The notes under the pieces were generated by a model. The model ran no database searches, was not told where the DNA came from, and worked only from the letters and a program-made list of their open reading frames with translations. DNA of 64,000 bases from Candidatus Lustribacter sp. (GTDB lineage: Bacteria; Vulcanimicrobiota; Vulcanimicrobiia; Vulcanimicrobiales; Vulcanimicrobiaceae): NCBI GenBank assembly GCA_965277805.1, contig OZ255842.1, positions 320,001 to 384,000 on the forward strand. The letters run 5' to 3'. Position 1 is the stretch's first letter; every line of letters begins with the position of its first letter. Shown here in pieces: positions 10,309 through 19,074 of the stretch. Made by a program: the position numbers and the translations under genes.

Positions 10309-11283
10309 CTACGGCGTGAGCAACAGCTTCCCGGACGTTTTGCGCGATTCGAGCAGCGTGTGGGCTTCGGCCGCCTTCGCGAGCGGCAGCACCGCTTCGA
10401 TGCTGAGTTTGAGCCAGCCCTCGCGCAAGCCGGCGATCAGGAATTCCGCCCGCCGCTCGATGTCCGCGCGTGTGGCGATGAAGTTACCGAGGCTTGCGCC
10501 GCTCACCGTCAGCGCGCGGCCGCTGAGCGCGGCGTTGGGGCTAAACGGGTCGACCGGCCCGCTCGCCGCGCCGTACACCACGATCTGACCGCGCGTGCGG
10601 ACGGCTTCGAGGTCGCCCGGAAACGTCGTCTTCCCGACGGCGTCGAGGATGAGATCGGCGCCCGTACCGCCGGTGATCGTTTTGACGGCGGCGGCAAAGT
10701 TCGTCTCGGTATAGAGGATCACGTCGCGTGCGCCCATGGCCTTCGCCTTCGCGGCCTTTTCCGGCGATGACGTCGTGCCGATCACGTGCGCGCCGAGATG
10801 CGTTGCGATCTGGGTCAACAGCAGGCCGACGCCGCCGGCCACCGCGTGCACGAGGACGATCGTGCCCGGTCCGACCGCACGAAAATCGTGCAGCAAATAG
10901 TGCGCGGTGAAGCCTTGCAGCGGGATTGCGGCAGCTTGCACGAGATCGATCTCGGGCGGCACGGTCACGAGCAACGTCGCGGGCACCGCAACGAACTCGG
11001 CATACGTGCCGTTCGGGCCCATCGCATACATCACGCGATCGCCGGGCTTCACGCCGGTGACGCCTTCGCCGACGCTCTCGACGGTTCCGGAGGCTTCGCC
11101 GCCCGGCGTGAAGGGTAGCGTCGTACCCGCGCGGCGCCCCGCGCGCTGCCCGATGTCCATGAAGTTCACACCGGATGCAGCGACGCGCACGAGCGCTTCG
11201 CCGGCTTTCGGCGTGGGCTGCTCGATGTCGGTGAGCGTGAGAACGTTGGGGCCGCCGAAGGCGGAGACGCGGATGGCTTTCAT
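10309..11283 (-). CDS. qor: NADPH:quinone oxidoreductase (zeta-crystallin/MDR)
   Basis: MKAIRV start, GVNFMD, HAVAGGVG, GKLLL. Confidence 0.88.
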   Translation of the reverse strand: MKAIRVSAFGGPNVLTLTDIEQPTPKAGEALVRVAASGVNFMDIGQRAGRRAGTTLPFTPGGEASGTVESVGEGVTGVKPGDRVMYAMGPNGTYAEFVAVPATLLVTVPPEIDLVQAAAIPLQGFTAHYLLHDFRAVGPGTIVLVHAVAGGVGLLLTQIATHLGAHVIGTTSSPEKAAKAKAMGARDVILYTETNFAAAVKTITGGTGADLILDAVGKTTFPGDLEAVRTRGQIVVYGAASGPVDPFSPNAALSGRALTVSGASLGNFIATRADIERRAEFLIAGLREGWLKLSIEAVLPLAKAAEAHTLLESRKTSGKLLLTP

Positions 11284-11337
11284 GCTTCGCTTGCGACAGT
11301 CCGAGTGTTCGGTCGAGTTGCGGCGAAGGCAACGCCG

Positions 11338-12336
11338 ATGGTACGCGGGCGGCAGTTCGAAGCGGAGATCCGGGAACAGCCCGTCGTGTTGGCCCGGCTT
11401 GCCGCAACGCAGGCGGCGGTGCAGCTCGATGCCGCGATCGGCAACCGCGATCCGCTCTTCGTCGGCAGCGGCAGCAGCTTGTTCGTGGCCCAACTCGCGG
11501 CGGTCGCCTGGCGGCGCATCGGTCGCCGCGCCGGCGCGCTGGCCGCAACCGAGGCGCACTTTCAAGCGGCGGCGCATCGCGAACGTTGCGTCGTCGCGCT
11601 CTCGCAGAGCGGCCGCAGCGCCGACGTGCTCGACGCGCTCGACGCGCTCGCGCCGTCGCGCATCATCGCGCTGACCAACGATCCAACCTCGCCGCTCGCG
11701 GCGCGCGCCGATCTGACGATCGACGTTCAGGCCGGGCCCGAACGCGCGGTGCCCGCCAGCAAGAGCGTGACCGCAATGGCCGCGCTACTGCTGTGGGCGG
11801 CGGCGCACGGCCGCGGCGGCGATACGGCGGCAGCGGACGAACTCGCGCGCGCCGCGGCCGGCATCGGCACGTGGCTCGAGGGTGCGGGCTTCGCGCAAGT
11901 CGACGGCATCGCGCTGCGCCTCGAACCGGCGCAGAGCATCATCGTCATCGGCGCAGGTTACGGCGTGCCGGTTGCGGCCGAAGTCGCGCTGAAGATCAAA
12001 GAAGCGTCATACCGTCACGCGGAATGTTTCGGTGCCGGCGAATTTCGTCACGGCAGCACGGCGATTCTCGATGCGACGCGCGGCCTGATCGGCATCGTCG
12101 ACGCCGAGTCGCGCTCGGCCGTCGGCGCGGTGCTTACCGTCGCGCGAGATGCGCAGGCGATCACGGTCGCGCTGGGCGAGGCATTGCCGGATGTCCCTGC
12201 CTTCGGTCCGCCGGCGAGCGGGATCTTCGCCCCGCTCGCGTGGATTGTGGGCGGGCAAGTCTTGGCTCTCACGCTCGCGCGGCGTGCGGGCATCGACAGC
12301 GACACCCCGCGCGGTTTGCGCAAATTCTTAGGATGA
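11338..12336 (+). CDS. Double SIS-domain sugar-phosphate isomerase/deaminase (GlmS C-terminal-like)
   Basis: EIREQP, GSGSS, SQSGRS, ALKIKE, EFRHG, PRGLRK. Confidence 0.85.
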   Translation: MVRGRQFEAEIREQPVVLARLAATQAAVQLDAAIGNRDPLFVGSGSSLFVAQLAAVAWRRIGRRAGALAATEAHFQAAAHRERCVVALSQSGRSADVLDALDALAPSRIIALTNDPTSPLAARADLTIDVQAGPERAVPASKSVTAMAALLLWAAAHGRGGDTAAADELARAAAGIGTWLEGAGFAQVDGIALRLEPAQSIIVIGAGYGVPVAAEVALKIKEASYRHAECFGAGEFRHGSTAILDATRGLIGIVDAESRSAVGAVLTVARDAQAITVALGEALPDVPAFGPPASGIFAPLAWIVGGQVLALTLARRAGIDSDTPRGLRKFLG

Positions 12337-12340
12337 GGAC

Positions 12341-12958
12341 ATGACGAAGATAGCGGTGATCTACTACAGCTCGACCGGCAACGCGTACAAGGTCGCGCAA
12401 AGCATCGAAGCGGGCGCGCAGTCGGCCGGCGCGGAGGTGCGCTTGCGCAAGGTGCGCGAGCTCGCGCCGGATGAGGCGATCGCCTCGAACAAGGGCTGGG
12501 AACAACATCGCGTCGCGACGCAGCACGTGACCGAAGCGGCACTGGACGATCTGGAATGGGCAGACGGCTTCGCATTCGGCACGCCGACGCGCTTCGGCGC
12601 GATGTCGGCGCAGCTCAAGCAGTTTCTCGACACCAGCGGCGGCCTCTGGATGAAGGGCCTGCTGCAAGACAAAGCGGCCACCGCATTCGTGGGCGCCTCG
12701 TATCCGCACGGCGGCCAAGAGACGACCTTGATGACGATCTACAACATGATGTATCACTGGGGCGCGATCATCGTACCGCCGAGTTACACCGATCCGGTGA
12801 TCGGTAAGGGCGGTGGGAATCCTTACGGCACGAGCTACACCGATCCGCGCGGCGGCGAGCTGCCGGCCGAAGTGCTCGCGGCGGCGCACTACCAAGGCGT
12901 GCGCTTGACGCGCTATGCGACGGTGCTCGCTGCGAACCGCGCGGCGCTGCGCGGCTAG
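12341..12958 (+). CDS. wrbA: NAD(P)H:quinone oxidoreductase, WrbA family
   Basis: YYSSTGN, GTPTRFG, HGGQETT, GGNPYG. Confidence 0.9.
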   Translation: MTKIAVIYYSSTGNAYKVAQSIEAGAQSAGAEVRLRKVRELAPDEAIASNKGWEQHRVATQHVTEAALDDLEWADGFAFGTPTRFGAMSAQLKQFLDTSGGLWMKGLLQDKAATAFVGASYPHGGQETTLMTIYNMMYHWGAIIVPPSYTDPVIGKGGGNPYGTSYTDPRGGELPAEVLAAAHYQGVRLTRYATVLAANRAALRG

Positions 12959-14127
12959 ATGCGCAGGCCGCGCTCGGCCAAGAGCGGCTGGACGTGCTCT
13001 GCGAAGAAGTCGAGGTCGGGACCGTAATCGTAGAAGCCGATCTGGATCCCGTCGAAGCCGGCCAGCTTCAGGCGCTCGATCGCATCGGCCACGTCCTGCG
13101 GGCTGCCGGTGATCTGCAAGTGGCCGCCGAGAATGCGGTCCGATGCATCGTGCTGCTTCCAGCCGTGCGCATCGCCGTTCGTATGCCGCGCGTAATAGGC
13201 GCTGATCGAATCGCTGTCGGGGTGGCTTACGATCGCCTCGCGATAGGCCAGCGCTTCGGCGCGCGTCTTCTTGCACACGATCAGCGGGAAGATGATGATC
13301 TTCGGCGCGCGTCCGGTCTTCGCGTAGGCCGCGCGAATCTGCGCGGTGTGCGCGGGCAGCGCGTCGATCGCGCCGTCGAAGTCCGCACCGGCCGGACTCG
13401 ACGTGAACACGATATCCGAATGGTCGGCGGCGTAAGCGAAGCCGGCCGGGGACGCGCTCGCCGAAACGAGGATCGGCCGGCCGTACGCCGGACGCGGCGA
13501 CACGTACGCGCCGTCGAGCTGATAGAAGCGTCCGTTGTAGGTGAGGTTTTCTTCGCCCGCCCAGAGATCTTCCATGATCGATGAGAACTCGTCGGCGCGC
13601 TCGTAACGCTCGTCGTGCTGGATCCGCGTCATGCCGAACATCAGCGGTTCGCGCTGATCGTAGCCGGTGACGATGTTGAGGCCGAAGCGCCCGTGCGAGA
13701 TGTGATCGGCCGTCGCTCCAAAGCGCGCGAGGTGCAGCGGATGCCAATGCCCGTAGAGGATGTGCACGGTCGAGATCGTGATGATCTTCGTCGTAAGCGC
13801 GCCGATTGCGACGGTCGAGATGAACGGGTCGAGAAAGTTCTCGCGATACCGCATCTCGCCGCCGAAGCCGCCCTTGCCGAGCCATTGCTGTAAGCCGAAG
13901 ACGAAGTCGAAATCGTAACGTTCGGCCGTCAGAGTCAGATCGCGGTTGTAGTCGAATTCCCAGCGCGTGCTGCGCGGCAGCGTCGATTGCGAAAAGCCAC
14001 CGGTTTGCGTGGGCAAGAACAGCCCGAGCATCATCGGCTGTTTCACCGCTTGGGCGAGCGGGCTTTCCGGGAACGAGAGCGGCGAGCGGGCGCGGTGAAG
14101 TTGGAGTTGATCTTGGTGTGTCGTCAT
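12955..14127 (-). CDS. LLM-class flavin-dependent monooxygenase
   Basis: LGLFLP, ADHISHGRFGLNIVTG, HDERYERADEF; start MTTHQD at 14127. Confidence 0.85.
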   Translation of the reverse strand: MTTHQDQLQLHRARSPLSFPESPLAQAVKQPMMLGLFLPTQTGGFSQSTLPRSTRWEFDYNRDLTLTAERYDFDFVFGLQQWLGKGGFGGEMRYRENFLDPFISTVAIGALTTKIITISTVHILYGHWHPLHLARFGATADHISHGRFGLNIVTGYDQREPLMFGMTRIQHDERYERADEFSSIMEDLWAGEENLTYNGRFYQLDGAYVSPRPAYGRPILVSASASPAGFAYAADHSDIVFTSSPAGADFDGAIDALPAHTAQIRAAYAKTGRAPKIIIFPLIVCKKTRAEALAYREAIVSHPDSDSISAYYARHTNGDAHGWKQHDASDRILGGHLQITGSPQDVADAIERLKLAGFDGIQIGFYDYGPDLDFFAEHVQPLLAERGLRI

Positions 14128-14594
14128 GTCCGTGTATCCGCTCGTAACTGCCGCAAGAGTGCGGAGCGTTGCGCGCTCGTCGTGGTGTCGGGGTTCGATG
14201 GCCGCGGTGCCGCGCGCACGGCGCGGGTTCGCTCGTCGAGCACCTGCGTGAGGTAGGCGAGCGCCGCAGGCAGCGACGGTGCGCCGTCGTCGAATTGCCA
14301 CGTCGGGTCGATCGAGGTGCGCAAGTAATACCAGCCCTCGCGCTCGAGATGCGCGATGTCGGCGTTCGCATCGTCGCGCAGGCGGTCGCGCGCGAATCCG
14401 CAGATCAGCGCGCACTCGTTCTCGCCTTCGTTGAAGAGATCCAGGGCGAACACGAGATCGCGCTTCCCTTGATACGCGAGCGGCAAATCGCTGAAGATCA
14501 GCGCCACCGGATTGGGCAGCGCCGCGTTGAGCGCGGCATCGAAGGCATGTTCCAGCTCGGCTGTCCCGCGCTCGATGGCGTCGAGCTGCGTCAT
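14124..14594 (-). CDS. Hypothetical protein, translationally coupled between the dioxygenase and LLM genes
   Basis: Overlaps both neighbours by 4 nt; globular composition (MTQLDAIERG...). Confidence 0.6.
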   Translation of the reverse strand: MTQLDAIERGTAELEHAFDAALNAALPNPVALIFSDLPLAYQGKRDLVFALDLFNEGENECALICGFARDRLRDDANADIAHLEREGWYYLRTSIDPTWQFDDGAPSLPAALAYLTQVLDERTRAVRAAPRPSNPDTTTSAQRSALLRQLRADTRT

Positions 14595-15382
14595 CCCAGC
14601 GTGATGGAGAGCATGCCCAGCCCATTGATGCCCGAGCCGTTGCCGCCGACGAGGATCGCCGGCTGCTCGTCGCTGCGCTGCAGCCCGAGGACCGAGAGAA
14701 ACGGCAGGTAGTGGTCGGGGGTCGGGATCGCCAGCTGCGCGTCGGGCCCGAGCTTCTCGTAGGCGATGAGGGCGGCATGATCGCCCGCGTCGAGACGTCG
14801 CATGAGATCGTCGCTGAAGCGCTGCTCCCAGCCGTCCGGTTCGGCCGGCCACGGATTGCGCCCGATCTCCTGATTGTGGATCACGTTGCCGCTGCCCACG
14901 ATGAGGACGCCTTCATCGCGCAAGGGCGCCAAGCGTGCGGCGAGTTCATAATGGAAGGACGGCGGCTGGGTTCGGTCGAGACTCAGTTCCACAACCGGCA
15001 CGTCGGCCGCGGGATAGAAGTTGGCGAGGACGTTCCAGGCGCCGTGATCATAGCCCCAATGCTCGTCCAGGGTGACGGGCACGGGGGCGAGCAGGTCGCG
15101 TACCCGCCGGGCCAGTGCCGGATCGCCGGGCGCCGGGTACTCAAAGGACGAGACCGCGCCCTTGAAGCTGATGAAGTCGTGGTTCGTCCGCGGGCGGGTA
15201 CCGGCGGTTACCCGGGTACCCGAGGTGTACCAATGCGCCGATATCAGGAGTACGGCCCGTGGCCGGACCCGGACCCCGAAGGCGCGCCAGGCATCGGTGA
15301 AGCGATTGCCGCCGAGGGCGTTCTGGGGGCTGCCGTGCCCGATGAAGGCGACGGGAAGGCGAGTTGACCGGTCCACTTCCAA
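14591..15382 (-). CDS. ygiD: DODA/YgiD-type extradiol ring-cleavage dioxygenase
   Basis: FIGHGSP, ISAHW, YDHGAW, GSGNVIHN, PTPDHYLP; start TTG 15382 (SD GGGAG) or GTG 15376. Confidence 0.85.
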   Translation of the reverse strand: MEVDRSTRLPVAFIGHGSPQNALGGNRFTDAWRAFGVRVRPRAVLLISAHWYTSGTRVTAGTRPRTNHDFISFKGAVSSFEYPAPGDPALARRVRDLLAPVPVTLDEHWGYDHGAWNVLANFYPAADVPVVELSLDRTQPPSFHYELAARLAPLRDEGVLIVGSGNVIHNQEIGRNPWPAEPDGWEQRFSDDLMRRLDAGDHAALIAYEKLGPDAQLAIPTPDHYLPFLSVLGLQRSDEQPAILVGGNGSGINGLGMLSITLG

Positions 15383-15393
15383 CGTGGTATGCT
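15364..15393 (+). promoter_or_regulatory. Sigma70-type promoter of the cys leader
   Basis: TTGACC-N18-TATGCT with extended -10 TG; the leader ATG follows 8 nt later (leaderless geometry). Confidence 0.7.
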
Positions 15394-15401
15394 CCCAAGC
15401 G

Positions 15402-15482
15402 ATGCGCTGTCCTTGTTGTTGTCCCGTTTTCGAGCCCACCTGTTGCCTTCCGGCAATCGGGCGGGGTGCTGCACTGGGCTGA
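15402..15482 (+). CDS. Cysteine-rich leader (attenuator) peptide MRCPCCCPVFEPTCCLPAIGRGAALG
   Basis: 6 Cys in the first 15 codons, 5 of them TGT; directly upstream of a terminator and the sulfate-assimilation operon. Confidence 0.85.
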   Translation: MRCPCCCPVFEPTCCLPAIGRGAALG

Positions 15483-15505
15483 GGGTGAACCCCCGAGACC
15501 AGCGT

Positions 15506-15539
15506 GCGACCCTCGCCTGAGCGGGGGTCGCTTTCATTT
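15506..15539 (+). terminator. Intrinsic terminator (attenuator) before cysH
   Basis: Stem GCGACCCTCGC-ctga-GCGGGGGTCGC (one G:U pair) followed by TTTCATTT. Confidence 0.8.
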
Positions 15540-15584
15540 CCAGCCAGCTCGGCACCCGAACGTACGGGGCCAGGAGTCCGACCC

Positions 15585-16256
15585 ATTTCCACCGATATCG
15601 CCGCCGCCGCCGGCCAAGCGAACGAAATCATCCGCCGCACGATCGAAGCCTATCCCGGCCGCACCACGCTGTCGTGCTCCTTCGGCGGTCCGTCGGGGAT
15701 GGTGCTGCTCGACCTGGCGTTGCGGATCGAACCGCAGCTCAACGTGTTCGTGGTCGACACCGAACTGTTGTTCCCGGAGACCTACGCGCTGATCGAGCGC
15801 GTCGAACGGCGTTACGGCATCAAGGTCGAGCGCGTGCACCCCGAGCAGACCGTTGAGGAACAAAACGCAACGCACGGTGACGCGCTCTGGAAGCGCGATC
15901 CCGACGCGTGCTGCGATCTGCGCAAGGTCGAGCCGCTGCGCGCGTATTTGCAACACTTCGACGCCTGGCTCACGGCCGTTCGGCGCGATCAGAGCGATAC
16001 GCGCACCGACCTTCCCATTCAGGCGTGGGATGAGAACGCCCAGATCGTGAAAGTGGCGCCGCTTGCGGAGTGGACCGAAGCCGACGTGTGGGGGTACGTG
16101 CAAGAGCACGACGTTCCGGTGAACACGCTGCACTTCGAAGGCTATCCGAGCATCGGCTGCATGCACTGCACGCGCCGCGTCGCCCCGGGCGAACACGCGC
16201 GTGCCGGCCGTTGGGCCGAGTTCGACAAAACGGAGTGCGGCATCCATGTCGCCTGA
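15585..16256 (+). CDS. cysH: APS/PAPS reductase (Fe-S type), probable ATT start
   Basis: SFG, DTELLFPETY, CCDLRK, SIGCMHC, ECGIH; SD AGGAG 8 nt before the in-frame ATT. Confidence 0.9.
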   Translation: MSTDIAAAAGQANEIIRRTIEAYPGRTTLSCSFGGPSGMVLLDLALRIEPQLNVFVVDTELLFPETYALIERVERRYGIKVERVHPEQTVEEQNATHGDALWKRDPDACCDLRKVEPLRAYLQHFDAWLTAVRRDQSDTRTDLPIQAWDENAQIVKVAPLAEWTEADVWGYVQEHDVPVNTLHFEGYPSIGCMHCTRRVAPGEHARAGRWAEFDKTECGIHVA

Positions 16257-17256
16257 GTACGCGGCCCCTACGGGTATCGCGCTCGAGAGCGTGAGCAAAC
16301 ACTTCGGCACCGTGCGCGCGGTCGACGGCGTTACGTTCGACGTTGCTCCGGGCTCGCTCACCGCGATTCTCGGGCCGTCCGGCTGTGGCAAGTCGACGCT
16401 CTTGCGTTTGCTGGCCGGCTTCGAACACGTCGATGCGGGTCACGTCACGCTCGGCGGCCGCGACGTGACGGACGTGCCCCTGCGCGAACGCAACATCGGG
16501 TTCGTCTTCCAAGGTTACGCGCTCTTTCCGCACTTGACGGTGGCGGAGAACATCGCGTTTCCGCTCGACGTGCGCAAGGCTGACCGCGCCAAGACGCGCG
16601 CCCGCGTTGCCGAGCTGCTGGATCTGGTGCAATTGCCGGGTTATGAGAAGCGCCGTCCGCACGAACTCTCCGGCGGTCAGCGCCAACGCGTCGCGCTCGC
16701 GCGGGCGCTGGCGGCGCAACCTGCCATCCTCTTGCTCGACGAACCGTTTGCGGCGCTCGACGTGCACGTGCGGCGCGATCTGCGTGCGTGGCTGCGCCGG
16801 CTGCACGACGACGTGCACGTGACCACGCTGCTCGTGACGCACGACGCCGACGAAGCGATGGAGATCGCGGATGCGCTCGTGCTGATGAACGCCGGCCGCG
16901 TGGAACAAGCCGGCAGCCCGCTCGACCTCTACGATCGTCCGGTGTCGCCGTTCGCATTGCACTTTCTCGGCCCGGCGAACATCATCGCCTCCGGCGGCAA
17001 CCCGCAGTACGTGCGGCCGCACGAGCTGCAGGTCGATTCGCATGCGTTCGACGGCTCGCAGCCGGCCCGCGTGTCGCGCATCGTCGATCTCGGGTCGCGG
17101 CGGCGGATCGACCTCGTCCTACCCGGCGGAGATCCGGTAAGCGCCGAAATCCGCGCGCCGTACAACGGTTTGAGCGCGGTGCGCGACGGCGATACCGTGC
17201 ACTTTGCGCTCGTTCATCAGCGGTCGTTCTCACCGACCTCACCTGAAAGGCCCTAG
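16246..17256 (+). CDS. cysA: Sulfate ABC transporter ATPase
   Basis: GPSGCGKS, LSGGQRQR, LLDEPF; operon context. Confidence 0.9.
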   Translation: MSPEYAAPTGIALESVSKHFGTVRAVDGVTFDVAPGSLTAILGPSGCGKSTLLRLLAGFEHVDAGHVTLGGRDVTDVPLRERNIGFVFQGYALFPHLTVAENIAFPLDVRKADRAKTRARVAELLDLVQLPGYEKRRPHELSGGQRQRVALARALAAQPAILLLDEPFAALDVHVRRDLRAWLRRLHDDVHVTTLLVTHDADEAMEIADALVLMNAGRVEQAGSPLDLYDRPVSPFALHFLGPANIIASGGNPQYVRPHELQVDSHAFDGSQPARVSRIVDLGSRRRIDLVLPGGDPVSAEIRAPYNGLSAVRDGDTVHFALVHQRSFSPTSPERP

Positions 17257-17258
17257 CG

Positions 17259-18257
17259 TTGCGTTTCCTCCGCTCCATCGCCGCCGCCGTCTTCGTGGCG
17301 GGCGTAACGCTGCACGCCGCATCGGCCGCAACGCTGCTCAACGTATCGTACGATCCGACGCGCGAGCTGTATGCCGAGTACAACACGCTCTTCGCGAAGT
17401 ACTGGAAGCAGAAGACGGGCGAGGACGTGACGATCCAGCAGTCGCACAACAGTTCCGGCGCGCAGGCGCGTGCGGTCATCAGCGGCCTCGAAGCCGATGT
17501 CGTGACTCTGGCGCTCGCGGGCGACATCGATGCGATCTCGCAGAACGCGAAGTTGCTGCCGCCCGATTGGGCCAAGCGGCTGCCGCAAAATTCGACGCCG
17601 TACACGTCGACGATCGTGTTCCTCGTGCGCAAGGGCAACCCGAAGCACATCCATGACTGGAACGATCTGACGAAGCCCGGCGTCGGCGTCATCACCCCCA
17701 ACCCGAAGACCAGCGGCGCGGCGCGCTGGATCGTTCTGGCCGCGTATTCGTACGGCATGAAGAAGAACCAGAACAGCCAGGCCAAGACGCGCGCGCTGAT
17801 CGGCGCGATCTACAAGAACGCGCTCGTCCTCGATTCCGCCTCGCGCGCCTCGACGCTGACGTTCACCGAGCGCGGCCTCGGCGACGTGCTCGTCTCGTGG
17901 GAAAACGAAGCGATCCTGGCACAGCGCGATCATCCCAAAGATTACGAACTCGTCGTGCCTTCGGTGAGCGTGCTGGCCGAACCGCCGGTGGCGTGGATCG
18001 ACGTCAACGTCGCCAAACACCATACCGAGGCCGTCGCGAAAGCCTATCTCGAGTTTCTCTACACGCCGCAGGCGCAGCGCCTGGAGTGCAAGTGGGGCTA
18101 TCGCCCGCGCGATACCTCGGTGCTCGGGCACTGCGGCACATCGTTCCCGCGCACCGACCTGACGACGGTTGCGAGCTTCGGCGGCTGGCCGAACGCCAAC
18201 AAGGTGTTCTTCGCTGACGGCGCCCTGTTCGACCAGGTCTTCACCGCTCCGAAATGA
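17259..18257 (+). CDS. sbp: Sulfate-binding protein
   Basis: LLNVSYDPTRELY, NPKTSGAAR, WENEA. Confidence 0.93.
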   Translation: MRFLRSIAAAVFVAGVTLHAASAATLLNVSYDPTRELYAEYNTLFAKYWKQKTGEDVTIQQSHNSSGAQARAVISGLEADVVTLALAGDIDAISQNAKLLPPDWAKRLPQNSTPYTSTIVFLVRKGNPKHIHDWNDLTKPGVGVITPNPKTSGAARWIVLAAYSYGMKKNQNSQAKTRALIGAIYKNALVLDSASRASTLTFTERGLGDVLVSWENEAILAQRDHPKDYELVVPSVSVLAEPPVAWIDVNVAKHHTEAVAKAYLEFLYTPQAQRLECKWGYRPRDTSVLGHCGTSFPRTDLTTVASFGGWPNANKVFFADGALFDQVFTAPK

Positions 18258-18264
18258 CCTCTCC

Positions 18265-19074
18265 ATGATTCCCGGACGCGGTGTTGCTCTAGCGACGACG
18301 ATGACGATCGTAGCGATCGTCGTCGTCGTTCCGCTTTCCGCGCTCGTGCTCTCGCTGCACGGGATCACGCCGGCAGGCTTCATCGCGACCGCGTTTTCGC
18401 CGGGAGCGCTCGCCGCGTACCGGCTCAGCTTCGGCGCGGCGATCCTCGCGTCGGCGATCGACGTCGTCGCCGGCGGTGCGATCGCGTTCGTGCTCGTGCG
18501 CTATCCCTCGGCCTGGATGCGCCCGTTCGACGCGCTCGTCGACGTGCCGTTCGCGTTGCCGCCGGCCGTTACCGGGATCACCTTGGCCGAGTTGTACGGG
18601 CAGCACGGCTGGATCGGCTCGTGGCTCGGCGCGCACGGCATCCAAATCGCTTATACGCCGGCCGGCGTGCTGCTCGCGCTCACGTTCGTCGGGCTGCCGT
18701 TCGTCGTGCGCACCGTGCAGCCGGTGATCGCCACCTTGCCGCGCGAGTACTCGCAAGCGGCAGCCTCGCTCGGCGCGCGGCCGTTCACGATCTTCCGCCG
18801 CATTACGCTGCCGCTGGTCGCGCCGTCGTTTCTCACCGGCTTCGCGCTGTCGCTCGCGCGCACGCTGGGCGAATACGGCTCGGTCATCTTCATCGCCGGC
18901 AACATGCCGGGCAAGACCGAGGTCATTCCGCTGATCGTGATCACGCGGCTCGAGCAATACGATTTCGCCGGCGCGGCGGCGGTGGCGCTGGTGTCGCTGT
19001 TCGTCTCGTTCGTCATGCTGTATGCAATCAACGCGCTGCAGCGCCGAATCGTCGACGTGCGGAGCGCGGCATGA
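18265..19074 (+). CDS. cysT: Sulfate ABC permease
   Basis: DVPFALP, GEYGSVIFIAGNMPGKTE. Confidence 0.9.
   Translation: MIPGRGVALATTMTIVAIVVVVPLSALVLSLHGITPAGFIATAFSPGALAAYRLSFGAAILASAIDVVAGGAIAFVLVRYPSAWMRPFDALVDVPFALPPAVTGITLAELYGQHGWIGSWLGAHGIQIAYTPAGVLLALTFVGLPFVVRTVQPVIATLPREYSQAAASLGARPFTIFRRITLPLVAPSFLTGFALSLARTLGEYGSVIFIAGNMPGKTEVIPLIVITRLEQYDFAGAAAVALVSLFVSFVMLYAINALQRRIVDVRSAA

Noticed and set aside
15402-15482. Cys-rich peptide read as a metallothionein or RiPP precursor
   Set aside because: No modifying enzymes nearby; its position between promoter and terminator of a cys operon, TGT bias and stop/antiterminator overlap favour an attenuator.
15504-15584. ORF-track N-terminal extension of cysH from GTG 15504
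   Set aside because: Runs through the terminator hairpin, has no SD and gives non-family sequence; SD + ATT at 15585 fits better.
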